DNA of 64,000 bases from NCBI GenBank assembly GCA_964016885.1, contig OZ024746.1, forward strand, positions 33,232,001 to 33,296,000. The letters are read 5' to 3'. This document shows, in pieces, positions 18,909 to 33,127 of the stretch. The notes beneath the pieces are model-generated. The model was not told the DNA's origin. It saw nothing but the letters and a program-made list of their open reading frames with translations, and made no database searches. The position numbers and the translations under genes were made by a program. Origin of the DNA: Eledone cirrhosa (lineage: Eukaryota). Within the stretch, counting starts at the first letter, position 1, and each line of letters opens with the position of its first letter.

Positions 18909-19929
18909 TGCCCCCTCGTTATTGAATATGGCCATTGCACGATATACCATTATTAATAATTATTAATTAATTCTATCGTGCAATGCCTGTGAAGATATTT
19001 GTTAATGTGAGGAAAGAGTGTGCTCTGAGCCAATCCCACTCTAGGAGCGACAGTAGCTATAACCCGAAAAGAAGAAAAGATCAACATCATCGGTAACTAC
19101 TGAGCCGCAGGTTTTATATCGGAGTTATCCCAGTTTTCTGAGTTGCATTCTCCTAGAAGAATGCCCTGACAAAGGCTAGGGGTCCTTCACTCCCAGTGGT
19201 TTAACCGCGCTGTACATGTGTATATACACATTTACACACTTTTGGATGGCCGTTGACTCTTCTGAGTTCTTCCGCCCTTTGTCAGGTTGTCTTTTACACA
19301 CATACACACACACACACGCGCACACACACACACGCACACACACACACACACACACATATACACCCCCCCCCCCACACATTTATATATATATATATATATA
19401 TAACTTCCATAAATATGATTGGTTTCGGCTACTAGTTGCCCAGGCCGTGTTTAACTTGATAGCACCACCTGTCGAAGTCTTTCAAATCATGATTTGGACA
19501 CCATAGCCCACTGAATTAGAGAGTTATTGTTCTTGAAAACCTATCCGGGAGTAGGAGGATTATCCGGAATTTCTCGGAGGGATTTGTCCTACGACCTTCT
19601 GAGTTTCATGGGATCTGTTTCTGTCTTTATGTGCTTTGTTAAAGAGAACGGGACTAGCTGAGGTGAAATAATTGTGTTGTAATGTTGAGATGTGAATTTG
19701 ATTTTTGTGGTGGACGGATAGCATGGAGCCCCAAACATTAGGTGTATTTTACAGATGATGTTAACACCATTTGGGAAATGCTGATGGAATATTTCCCACA
19801 TAAAACAGAAAATGTAGCGTTCATGGCGTTAGAGAGAGTAGAGTCTGAGCTTTTCTACTCGAACCCAATAATCTTGTCAATGCTTGTCATGTGAGAGTGA
19901 TAGAATGGAAGGGAGAGTAACATGTACAA

Positions 19930-20092
19930 AGAGAATCATCCATATTTCTTTACGAGTACTCTTTTTCTGACCCTCGAGTGGATGAAAGGTAAAGTTGACA
20001 TCGGCAAGATTTAAAGTCAGAGAATAAAGAATAGAAATGAATAAGACAAAGCATTCTATCCGATATTCTAATGACTGTGCCAATTTGCCGCC
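19930..20092 (-). mobile_element. Diverged tRNA/Nin-type SINE
   Basis: GGATGAAAGGTAAAGTTGACATCGGCAAGATTTAAAGTCAG...TGCCAATTTGCCGCC. Confidence 0.55.
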
Positions 20093-20375
20093 TTTATATG
20101 TTTCTTGAATAACATGGTTCTTTCAAAATATGCTAAACACGTTCATGCAATTAGATTATTTCAATTAATTTAGTATATTTTATTCAGGTTCGTCCACTAT
20201 ACAATCTGTTACACCACTCCGTGCATTTCCAAATACTTGGAAAAAAAACAACAAAACATTCATATAGTTTCTTATATAAAAAAAATGTTTTTATTACATT
20301 AGTAAATCTTAAGTACATTACTAATTTAGCATGTAAGTTTCTATGACGTATCTTGAATTTTATGCTAAATAGCGC

Positions 20376-20464
<89 letters not shown>

Positions 20465-20489
20465 GATAGATAGGTATATATATATATAT

Positions 20490-20588
<99 letters not shown>

Positions 20589-20612
20589 TCTATCTATCTA
20601 CATATGATAGAT

Positions 20613-20654
<42 letters not shown>

Positions 20655-20693
20655 ATCTATCTATCATAGATAGATAGTTATTGATATATATAA

Positions 20694-20770
<77 letters not shown>

Positions 20771-20835
20771 AAGTTTTATTTAAATCGTTGGGTTAACAAC
20801 GAGTAAATATTTATAACGAGTAAATATTTATTATC

Positions 20836-20945
<110 letters not shown>

Positions 20946-20967
20946 AAATATATATATATATATATGC

Positions 20968-21011
<44 letters not shown>

Positions 21012-21037
21012 GTATAAATATATATATATATATATGC

Positions 21038-21070
<33 letters not shown>

Positions 21071-21087
21071 GAACTATATATATATAT

Positions 21088-21545
21088 GTTATACTTGGGG
21101 AGGGTCATATTTGTGTAATATCGCCAGAAGTAATAACAGAACACACTCACTGTATGGTTGGTTTTCGCTTCTCGCTTCTGTGTCTTTTATATCGGTAATC
21201 TAACTTACTCGGTCCTCATTGTTGCCATAGACTGACCGACGGTCAAAAATAATACAAATACAATATAGACACAAACACATATATATAGTTTATCATAAAT
21301 CTTTCGTTGCACATCTGCAACATTGTCAGTGGTGCTATATTTTCCCCCTGTTGTATTGTATGTCTACGCCATTTTTATTCAGTCTGTCTATATATTTATT
21401 TATTTATTTGCTTGTTTGTTTATTTTATTTTATCTTCTTTGCGCATGCGTTTGCATGTGTGTATAGTGTTTTGTTTGCTGAGTGATGGATGACTAGTGTG
21501 TGTTTATGTGCTTGTTGTTATTGTGCTTGTGTATTTATTTATTTA
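21088..21545 (-). mobile_element. pLTR fragment of the Neptune/Nematis-like PLE; HHR core mutated (CUGACAA)
   Basis: Homologous to 21838-22290. Confidence 0.75.
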
Positions 21546-21586
21546 TTTATTTTATTTTATTTTATTTATCTATCTATCTATCTATG

Positions 21587-21622
<36 letters not shown>

Positions 21623-21645
21623 GATATATATATATATGTATATGC

Positions 21646-21707
<62 letters not shown>

Positions 21708-21722
21708 GTCTATATATCTGTC

Positions 21723-21789
<67 letters not shown>

Positions 21790-21792
<3 letters not shown>

Positions 21793-22778
21793 TTTTGCGA
21801 GGTTTTTGATATGATATCGTGTGTCGAAACAAATATTGTTATACTAGGGGAGGGTCATATTTGTGTAATAATATTGCCAGAATTAATAATAGAACACACT
21901 CACTGTTTCGTTGGTTTTCGCTTGTGTCTTTTATATCGGTTAATTTATTTTATTCGGTCCTCAATGTTACCATTGACTGACCAACGGTCAAAAATACAGA
22001 TATAATATAGACACAAACACATATATATAGTCTAACAGAGTTCTTTCGTTGCACATCTGCAACATCGTCAGTGGTGCTATCCCGTTGTATTCTATGCCTA
22101 CGTCATCTTTATTTAGTCTGTTTATTTATTTATTTATTTTTTTTTTTGTCTTCTCTGCGCATGCGTTTGCGTGTGTGTATAGTGTTTGATGTGTGTTCGT
22201 GTTTGGGTGATTGTGTATTGGTTATTGTATTCTATCTTAGTTTACTGGTGTGTGTTTATATGTGTTTGTTGTCATTGTGCTTGTGTATGTATTTATTTAT
22301 TTATACTTCTCTTAGGTCAGTATTGTTTGTTTGGGTGTTGTTGTTATTCCATTCATTTTTTCTGTTTAGCCTTGGTCTTCTAAGTTCTATTTCGCTGGTC
22401 TCTCTGATTTGCCTATCTGCTGGGTCATTTCTATGTTTAGATATTATTCTAATTTCTATGTTGTCTATGTTACCGTCCTGTTGTTGTCTGGCATGTTCGT
22501 ATAGTACTCAACCATTTTTTCGTCCTTTTAGTTCCCCCCAGTGTTGGTCTATCCTTTCACCTATGCTACCAGCTGTCTCGCCTATGTATGTTGTTGTCAT
22601 ATTTCTGCAAGTACTCTCTGTACATCTTATGCTATAGACTACGTTTCTAGTTTTACAGTTTATCCGGTGGTTTACTTTACATGTAATACATTTATTATTA
22701 GTACAGTGGTTTTTTTAAAAAGGGTAGGTTTTGCTGATCAGGGATTTTATGGTGGTTCCAGGCTTTTCTACCACTTTC

Positions 22779-22780
<2 letters not shown>
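21790..22780 (-). mobile_element. 3' fragment of the Neptune/Nematis-like PLE: Cys-rich linker, GIY-YIG endonuclease and pLTR
   Basis: Manual minus-strand translation: GTTIKSLISKTYPF..CTNNKCITC...CKTRNVVYSIRCTESTC..TYIGETAGSIGERIDQH..RQIRE..LNRKNEW, with frameshifts. Confidence 0.85.
22033..22079 (-). ncRNA. Type I hammerhead ribozyme in pLTR
   Basis: UAGCACCA-CUGACGA-u-GUUGCA gaug UGCAAC-GAAAG aa CUC/UGUUA. Confidence 0.75.
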
Positions 22781-22813
<33 letters not shown>

Positions 22814-22837
22814 TCTGTCTATCTACATATGATAGAT

Positions 22838-22901
<64 letters not shown>

Positions 22902-22958
22902 CTATCTATCTATCTATCATAGATAGATAGTTATTGATATATATAAATATATATATAA

Positions 22959-22992
<34 letters not shown>

Positions 22993-23000
<8 letters not shown>

Positions 23001-23775
23001 CGTAAAATAAGAATATTTCTTTAAACATTTTTTTTTTTTTTAAATTAACTTACTTACTTAAATTTTCACTCCAACTAATTAGGTTCTGCAATGGGATAAA
23101 GACAGTTACGTAATGAACTGTTGAGAATATCATTGCGTCATCAGGGAGGTCATTCTCAGCCGAGTCTCCAGGCAATGCGCGGACACTGGGGACTCATATA
23201 AAAATAATAATAATTCGGTAACTGGAACAGCTATCGAGGACTGGATTCCAGCTACTGAAAATTCTCACTGCCACTGATCATATGGCAGATTCTAAAGAAT
23301 CAATCACGTGACACAGAGGGTAGTCTGTAGGAATGGGATGGTAAGATGACAGACGCCTACTAACACCCCCCAAAAAAATTTAGAAGTGGTTTTGGCAGGT
23401 TTGCTCGACAAATCAGTGATTTGGAGATAAATATAGATAATTTAATATATCTACTAACATAAGCGCACAGATGTGCGCTAATGCCAGCAAATACACAGGT
23501 TATTTCATAGTACCTAGGTGGTTCAATGCAGGAGAATGCAGAACAATAATATAAAAGACGTAAAATAAGAAAATTTCTTTAAACATTTAAAAAAAAAAAA
23601 TTAACTTACTTACTTCAATTTTCACTCCAACTAATTAGTTTCTGCAATGGATAAAGACAGTTACGTAACGAACTGTTGAGAATTTCATTGCGTCATCATA
23701 TATATATAGAGAGAATTTCATTGCGTCATCATATATATATAGAGAGAATTTCATTGCGTCATCATATATATATAT
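22993..23775 (-). repeat. Partial tandem of a 558-bp unit (about 1.27 copies) between (TA)n tracts, HHR-bearing, with terminal stutter repeats
   Basis: AAAAGACGTAAAATAAGAA at 22995 and 23553; GAGAATTTCATTGCGTCATCA(TA)n occurs three times at 23678-23775. Confidence 0.85.
23069..23148 (-). ncRNA. Type I hammerhead ribozyme with extended stem II (this copy reads GAAC)
   Basis: CUCC-CUGAUGA-cGCAAUG...CAUUGCa-GAAC-CUAAUUAG-UU/GGAG; the second copy has GAAA but lacks the 5' end of the core. Confidence 0.65.
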
Positions 23776-23933
23776 AGAGAGAGATAGATAGATAGATATG
23801 CATATACATATATATATATATTATATATATATATATAAAATAAAGTACCAGTAATGTACTGGGTATTTGCTGGCCTTGTGCCTAAAGTAGAAACAATTAT
23901 ATATATATATATATTTATATACATAGATAGATA

Positions 23934-23975
<42 letters not shown>

Positions 23976-23987
23976 TATCTATCCATG

Positions 23988-24020
<33 letters not shown>

Positions 24021-24023
24021 GCA

Positions 24024-24131
<108 letters not shown>

Positions 24132-24143
24132 TATCTAACTGTC

Positions 24144-24180
<37 letters not shown>

Positions 24181-24184
<4 letters not shown>

Positions 24185-27100
24185 TTGCGAGGTTTTTGAA
24201 ATGAAATCGTGTGTCGAAACACATAATGTTATACTAGGGGAGGGTCATATTTGTGTAATAATATTGCCAGAATTAATAATAGAACACACTCACTTTTTCG
24301 TTGGTTTTCGCTTCTGTGTCTTTTATATCGTTGCATGTGTCTTTCCATTTCTGTTGGGTCGCACATGCGGGACACGCTCTTCATCACTCGTACCAAGTCT
24401 GCGGTCAGAATATTAAACTTAGCACTACTGAACATTGCTGAGTTTTTGAGTATCAGGTATTTGGAGGCCATGAGTTTAGCATAGTGTGAATGGAGAATGT
24501 TGGCTCTCTCGTCTATAGTGTAATCCAGAGTTCCGTGTCTAATACAGGTAGTCTATTGTTAGGGTGTTTGGATGGGAAGTCGATAGTTACAGTTATACTC
24601 TGGTGTATGAAATTAGCTATCTGCTGGATGCTTTCCATTGTACTATGTTCTAAATCAAACTTGTTAGTTCTCTCTTGTGGGGATGTCCTTATTACTATAT
24701 TGATGTCGTCTGCGTAACGAGAGTACATGATGAGGTCTATGGAGCTCTCATCAAGGAGATCTTTGAGTCTCCTTTCCCACCATACCATAAAAAGGTTGGC
24801 AACGTCACCAGCTCTGCTGACGCCAATGGCTGCTCCGTCATTTTGGGTGTAGCTCTTCTCGTTGACTTTGAATATGTGGCCCTTTAAGGTAGTTTTGATA
24901 CAAGCCCCTATTGCATGTGCGACCATTTTTCTTACCTGATCATTGTTTTGGGGGGTCCGTATAGCTTTGGTCCACCCAATGCACCTTCCCATGGGAGTCT
25001 TTTTTGCCATTGAGGTTATGGTGGGGGTCTACCTCCATGGGTCTACTGGGGCAGAAATGTCTAAGGTCATGGCTGTCTAGGTAGTCAGTATCATAGTTAA
25101 GTCTAAGTATTCTAAGTAGGAGGTCCAGTTCGTCTGTGTCGACGTCGCAGAACTCCACCTCACTCTCAATGATCATCTCCACACATTTTTCCACAGCAAA
25201 ATCAATGTTAATGGATGGGTACAGTGATACCACATCCATACTGCCTATTATGCAGTTGGATAGGTTTTTGTTTTTGTTGCACTCACTGACTCTGCTGAGG
25301 AGGTCCTCTGTACTGTCACATACATCTTGGGACATCTTGATTATGCGGCGTATAACCATTGAGAGGAGGTTGGAGATCCTGTAGTTGCTAGCTATATTTG
25401 CTCCGCATAGAGTTCTTGTTGGTGGTCCTGTTGTCGGGTTGTCGGGTCGTCGACTGTCTTGTGGTCTTTGTGGAGCCCATACAAGGGTGGTTGCCATTGT
25501 TAGACGCCTGGAAGTTGTTGGCAGTGCATCTGCTTGGCTTTAGGATGTCGGTCCACATCATCATGTGAGCGTTGAGGATTTTCTCTCTCCCATCATGTAT
25601 TTGCTGTGCAATTTCGCTCGAGTTGCTCATGTGGGGTTGCATAGCCTTGATGTACTTCGGCATGCTGTCTATTGACATCCTACCAGACTTATCCGTGGGT
25701 AGACATACTACCTCACCATCCCCTGTGCGATGCTTGAGGCTAACCAAGCCTTCTACAGGTTTCCTCCCAAGTTGTTGGACCTCAGTCTGCTCTGTCTCTT
25801 AGTATACCGGTCTACTATTTGTCTAATCTTATTTCTAGCTATGGTGAACTGTGCCTCTGTCTCGTCATCTATTTGTTGTGGTATACAAACCCTTTTATTA
25901 AAGGGTAACCTCGTAGGATAGATATTACCCATCTTATATGTTTTGTCAGCTGGATTGAAGAATAGTTTCTCTAAGGGGTTGTCATTATATCTATCGTCAT
26001 AGTTGTGTGTGTTGCTATTATTGTTATTATGGTGGTTGTTGTTGTTCGTATTATTAGCATTATTATTACTGTTATCATTGCTAGATGTATTGTTGCTGTG
26101 ATTGTTAGATGTATTGTTGTTGTTTTCTCCCCCGTTATTGTTGTTGTTACTGTTATTTCTACCATTGTGGTTGTTACTTTTATTATGTTTCTTGTTTTTG
26201 TTGTTGTGTCTATCATTAATGTTGCTATTTCTATTATTACCACTGTGGTTGTTGTTGTTGTTACTCGTATTATTTCCATTATTACCACTGTGGTCGCTGC
26301 TGTTGTGTCTGTCGTTAATGTTTCTATTATTATTATTATTGTGGTTGTTGTTTTTGTTCTGTCTATCGTTATTATTATTACCATTATTACTATTTCTCTC
26401 TCTCCTGCTATTGTTATTGTTATGACTGTTACTATTATAGCTGTTATTTCTATACTCAGAGTTATTGTTTATATTACTACTATCGTTATTATTGTTGTTG
26501 TTGTCGGTATAGTTGTTGTTGTTGTTTACTTTTGCATTCCAACGTATTTTTGTGAAACACTTTTCCAGCTCCGTTTTGCACTCGATAGGGTTAATCTTTT
26601 TGTAGATAGCAATTTTTGGTGGTAGCTGCAGAATTTGTTGCTCTTGTTCACTGATTAAAGTGTTCCCATAAATATTTACTGCGTGGTCATTGGTAAATTC
26701 TTCCGGTAGTTCTACATCAGTCATACGGATATTGTTGGGTCTTGCTGGGTATTTTTGTCAATATTCTAATTTTCTTTCTTCTACTTTTTCTTATTCATCC
26801 ATTCTAATTTCTTATTGAAATGCCTATTGCATTAGTTTCGGGCGTATTTCGTTTCACGTCGAATGACGCTCATGAGTTCATCTCTCTCGTTTGGAGTGGT
26901 GAGATTTCGAACTTACCGTTAATGCGTTTCTGTCTGTAAAGTTCGTTAACTTTTGTGTATGTTGTTCTTTTCATATTAACTGTTATTGTGTGTTTTAGTC
27001 GTTCAGCTTGTGTTTTGTTCAATAATAAATTATTTACTTGTTTTGATATGTTTGTTGTGTATACTTTGAAGGAAACACAGTGCTTTTTCTTAAAGCACTG

Positions 27101-27365
27101 TGTTTCCTTCGGAAACATAATAGCACCACTGACGATGTTGCAGATGTGCAACGAAAGAACTTTGCTAGACTATATATGTGTTTGTGTCTATATTATATCT
27201 GTATTTTTGACCGTTGGTCAGTCAATGGTAACATTGAGAACCAAATAAATTAAATTAACCGATATAAAAGACACAGAAGCGAAAACCAACCAAACAATGA
27301 GTGTGTTCTGTTATTAACTCTGGCAATATTATTACACAAATATGACCCTCCTCAAGTATAACAAT
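24181..27365 (-). mobile_element. Neptune/Nematis-like Penelope element, frameshifted, with inverted pLTR at its 5' end
   Basis: PTDKSGR, SMDVVSLYPSI, YTQNDGAAIG, VANLFMVWWE, YSRYADDI, LPVLDTEL across ORFs 24513-26724; 24226-24330 is inverted to 27260-27365. Confidence 0.9.
27121..27167 (+). ncRNA. Type I hammerhead ribozyme in inverted pLTR
   Basis: UAGCAcca-CUGACGA-u-GUUGCA gaug UGCAAC-GAAAG aa CUU/UGCUA. Confidence 0.75.
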
Positions 27366-27403
27366 ATATATATATATCAATAACTATCTATCTATCTATC
27401 TAC

Positions 27404-27466
<63 letters not shown>

Positions 27467-28057
27467 ACTAACTACTTATCTTTTAAGACATTAACAAATA
27501 TACGACCAACCTATAATACGTCCATGCACCATTCAAATCTCCAATCCCATCACTCTCATTTCATAGACTATACATACATTTCCACACATACTTTTTCAAA
27601 TAACGTTTTTACGTTTTCTTCACGTCAAGCCTTGTCACACACAATAATATATTATAAACGTGAACTTCAACCATTTCTCTCTTTATATATTTTTTCTCCA
27701 TTCCATGTTGTTATTCTTTCCTTGAATTATTTCTCGATATTTTTTCTCTTTTTTTTTCATTTTTTTTTCTTCTTTTAGTTTCTACCTTTTCTATCGATTC
27801 TATTCTTCTCCTCGTTTTACCTTCCAATTTTATTTCCTTCATGTAGAAGTAATATTTTCTTATGAATTAGAAACATAAAATTGTTTTTATATATTTCACA
27901 CATAGTCATACAAAGGCTCACACGCACAAATAGTGTGTATGTGTGGGTATGCGTATGTATGTGTGTGTAAATGCATAAGTGCGGAAAGTTATATTTTTCG
28001 TATTTAGTATATTTCATATAATTACCCAGGTTTTACATTTTATAGAGTTTTTATTCC

Positions 28058-28140
<83 letters not shown>

Positions 28141-28145
28141 TATAC

Positions 28146-28176
<31 letters not shown>

Positions 28177-28198
28177 TATGTGTGTATATATATATATA

Positions 28199-28368
<170 letters not shown>

Positions 28369-28380
28369 TATATATATATG

Positions 28381-28464
<84 letters not shown>

Positions 28465-28468
28465 TATG

Positions 28469-28539
<71 letters not shown>

Positions 28540-28608
28540 GTATATATATATGTATATGTATATATATATATATGTGTATATGAATATATATGTATATATA
28601 TATATGTG

Positions 28609-28709
<101 letters not shown>

Positions 28710-28787
28710 GTATGTATATATATATATTATATATATATGTATATTATATATATATATGTATGTATGTATATATTATTTATATATATG

Positions 28788-28834
<47 letters not shown>

Positions 28835-29030
28835 CAATATATTTAGAAACACACAGATACATGCGGGCACACACATATATACATGAATGCATCCGCACCC
28901 AACTGTGAGTTAAGGGTGCCAACTTCACCGATGTTGCTCAATGAATGACCGGGACAGACCAATTCAGTTGAACCAGACTGAACCAGTATCAGAGTTGTAG
29001 ACGCGTTCTTGAGACTAGTAAAATGAGGTA

Positions 29031-29120
29031 TCCTCTTGATAAGTCGGCAGACCTCGCAGGGACTCTATATCTTTATGATATATTGTTTTTGTTTATGCCA
29101 CGAAACTACGTAGTCGAGGA
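29031..29120 (+). ncRNA. Type I hammerhead ribozyme, U3-A8 core variant (copy 1)
   Basis: UCCUC-UUGAUAA-GUcGGC...GCCAC-GAAAC-UACGUA-GUC/GAGGA; predicted cleavage after 29115. Confidence 0.8.
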
Positions 29121-29625
29121 ATTTAGGAGCAGTTTAGGTATGATACATTTTATTACTAATTATATCTAAATGTTTCTTCTCTCTTCATAATGTATTTTTA
29201 ACTCTGATACTGGTTCAGTCTGGTTCAACTGAATTGGTCTGTCCCGGTCATTCATTGAGCAACATCGGTGAAGTTGGCACCCTTAACTCACAGTTGGGTG
29301 CGGATGCATTCATGTATATATGTGTGTGTCCGCATGTATCTGTGTGTTTCTAAATATATTGTTAATAACTCCCTCTGGTCGAGCAATCTTTGAAGTGTGG
29401 GAACAACTGGAAAGCTTCCATTACTCATTCTTCTAGCCTTCTTCACCACCTCTTCTGCAGCCTCGATATGAATACCCCCTCCGCCTCCGTGGTATTTTCT
29501 TCGTGGTTATAGGAGGCTTAGCTCTGTTTCTCGACCGTTATATCGCGTGACTATCTCCCCCTCCGCCTTTTGGGATTCTTTCTCACGTCGTGTAGACGCG
29601 TTCTTGAGACTAGTAAAATGAGGTA

Positions 29626-29715
29626 TCCTCTTGATAAGTCGGCAGACCTCGCAGGGACTCTATATCTTTATGATATATTGTTTTTGTTTATGCCACGAAA
29701 CTACGTAGTCGAGGA
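29626..29715 (+). ncRNA. Type I hammerhead ribozyme, U3-A8 core variant (copy 2)
   Basis: Identical to copy 1, offset +595. Confidence 0.8.
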
Positions 29716-30220
29716 ATTTAGGAGCAGTTTAGGTATGATACATTTTATTACTAATTATATCTAAATGTTTCTTCTCTCTTCATAATGTATTTTTAACTCT
29801 GATACTGGTTCAGTCTGGTTCAACTGAATTGGTCTGTCCCGGTCATTCATTGAGCAACATCGGTGAAGTTGGCACCCTTAACTCACAGTTGGGTGCGGAT
29901 GCATTCATGTATATATGTGTGTGTCCGCATGTATCTGTGTGTTACTAAATATATTGTTAATAACTCCCTCTGGTCGAGCAATCTTTGAAGTGTGGGAACA
30001 ACTGGAAAGCTTCCATTACTCATACTTCTAGTCTTCTTCACCACCTCTTTTGCGGCCTCGATATGAATACCCCCTCCGCCTCCGTGGTATTTTCTTCGTG
30101 GTTATAGGAGGCTTAGCTCTGTTTCTCGACCGTTATATCGCGTGACTATCTCCCCCTCCGCCTTTTGGGATTCTTTCTCACGTCGTGTAGACGCGTTCTT
30201 GAGACTAGTAAAATGAGGTA

Positions 30221-30310
30221 TCCTCTTGATAAGTCGGCAGACCTCGCAGGGACTCTATATCTTTATGATATATTGTTTTTGTTTATGCCACGAAACTACG
30301 TAGTCGAGGA
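30221..30310 (+). ncRNA. Type I hammerhead ribozyme, U3-A8 core variant (copy 3)
   Basis: Identical to copy 1, offset +1190. Confidence 0.8.
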
Positions 30311-30379
30311 ATTTAGGAGCAGTTTAGGTATGATACATTTTATTACTAATTATATCTAAATGTTTCTTCTCTCTTCATA

Positions 30380-30469
<90 letters not shown>

Positions 30470-30500
30470 TATATATATAATATATATATACATATATATA

Positions 30501-30603
30501 TCCCACCGAGGTTAACTTTGCCTTTGATCCTTACGGGGTCGATAAAATAAAGTACCAGTAATGCACTAGGTAATTGCTGGCCTTGTGCAAAAAAGTAGAA
30601 ACA
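30501..30603 (+). mobile_element. 5'-truncated Nin-type SINE
   Basis: CCGAGGTTAACTTTGCCTTTGATCCTTACGGGGTCGATAAAATAAAGTACCAG. Confidence 0.8.
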
Positions 30604-30626
30604 CTTATATATATATATATGTATGA

Positions 30627-30725
<99 letters not shown>

Positions 30726-30797
30726 ATATATGTATATTTATATATATGTATATATATATGTATATATATGTATATATATATGTATATATATATATGC

Positions 30798-30901
<104 letters not shown>

Positions 30902-30924
30902 ATATATATATATATATATGTATG

Positions 30925-30955
<31 letters not shown>

Positions 30956-31036
30956 ATATATATATATATATGTATGTATATATATATATGTATGTATATA
31001 TATATATACATATATATATGTATGTATGTATGTATG

Positions 31037-31067
<31 letters not shown>

Positions 31068-31072
31068 GTATG

Positions 31073-31109
<37 letters not shown>

Positions 31110-31134
31110 GTATATATATATATATGTATGTATG

Positions 31135-31227
<93 letters not shown>

Positions 31228-31228
31228 G

Positions 31229-31277
<49 letters not shown>

Positions 31278-31280
31278 ATA

Positions 31281-31347
<67 letters not shown>

Positions 31348-33127
31348 GTATGTATATATATTTATACATACATATATATATATACGAATGTTTTTGTGTA
31401 GGAGGCGTCTGTGTGTATGTGCTTGAGTGTATATAAGGAACCATTTTTCTACCTCTCCTCCTTCTAATTGCTGGACTTATGCTAAATGTAAAGAAATATT
31501 ATTGGTGCATTGTTTATATATTTTCAATAGTCATAAATGTTCAAGTCTGTGTATTAGAAAAACTGAATACTTGGTGTAAAAATTCAACAGTTGTATCCTA
31601 AATACCAGTACTTTAACTGCGTCTTTGGTTTCTATTCTGATATTATTAACGCCTTCGTAATTACCCCCGTTGTTTTGTCTGTGTTTATATATAATTATAT
31701 TTCTATCAACTAACTAATTCTGTTATGCGTTGGTTCCCTGTAAAACATTCGTGGATACCAGACGTGCAAATGTCGTGCCTGTGCTTTCATTGTAAAATTT
31801 TGTCTTGAAAGTTACAACTTTATGTTTTATATATTAAATTGGTCAACTAAATTACGTTGTTTGTTTCGCTAGTTTGTGTGTTAGTGTAGATGAGGTAAAG
31901 TCTTCATTTTAATGGTATTGTAGTATCTTCATTCTATGAGTTTGTGGTTAGGATCATTATATGTTGATTTATTCCAATGCCGAACTTATCCAGAAATGTG
32001 TGATGATTTAAGTATTTTTCTGTGTTTGATCATTATTTACATATTCAGTTGAATGGCCTAATAGATAAATGAACTATATGTCAATGGTATCGGTTATTAA
32101 GCACGATATATCGAAATTCAAAGATTTAAGTATTTTGTTTACTGCATATTCATGACAATACCATAAACAAAAGGTGACAACAAAAAGCATACAGAATAGA
32201 AACCAGAGACAGAAGATTAATTATACACAAATCTATATGACTCTGCATGGGCATAAATGCAACTATTTGGAGAAATGTGGTTATTTCAACAAAACGTTAA
32301 TTAGCGAAATACTTCAAGCTATCCAATATTCATGATATGTCACGATGAAGAAGCAAACAAAATACATTCTACACCTACCTATGACTAATATGAGTGAATA
32401 TCGTAGCCAGATAGCTAAGTAAAGAATTATTGATTTTGTAAGAGAACAATCTACTTAGAAACAGTCTTTTTAAACAACTTGGACAAATTCTGTGGGAGGA
32501 GTATTGTACAAGTAATATGTGAACATCGCATCTCCACACGATTCACAACCACCAAGTGACAATTGAGGACAATAGATGCTATAGTCCACAATACACAAAT
32601 ATTGGTTATATAGTTTATTTTATTTTAAATTTCCTTATGCTGTTCATTTCAACAAGATTTTACGAGATCTTGGTTTCACGCTGTACATTGCATTTCAAGT
32701 TCAATTGTCGAATTACCAATCCCTCACAGTATTTTGGTAACACTGTGAGAACATTGGAAAAGGTGCTTTAATGTAAATGTTCGGAATCATCTCGGTTAAT
32801 GATAAACGTCTTTACTAGGATAACAACAATTATGAAAATATTCCGAAGTGATGACATAAATTTCAATTACAAAAAAAAAATTGTCTATGAAATACTCATA
32901 AACTACAAATCCTGTTGTATTATGAGTTCAATAAATGTCCTACCAATCTGGAGAATATATAGCATGAAACCAAATATTCGCTGAGGGTGGCCATTCAAAT
33001 CTTACCAAACAAAAAACTGTAATGGTATCATGATGCTCAATTGCCACAGAAACTGAATGTTCTAATTAAACATTTTTTATTATGTAGGGAATCTTTTTAT
33101 TAAAAAGATTTTGTTGTTGTGGCCGGT

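Larger units (their letters stand above)
28833..30385 (+). mobile_element. Non-coding 595-bp tandem (about 2.3 copies) preceded by an inverted partial copy, in (TA)n; three HHRs
   Basis: TGTAGACGCGTTCTTGAG at 28996, 29591 and 30186; 28833-28996 is inverted to about 29200-29363. Confidence 0.92.

Noticed and set aside
29570-29764. Identical 64-aa ORFs at 29570 and 30165
   Set aside because: Non-ATG start, no recognisable motif, overlap the HHR; identity simply reflects the tandem repeat
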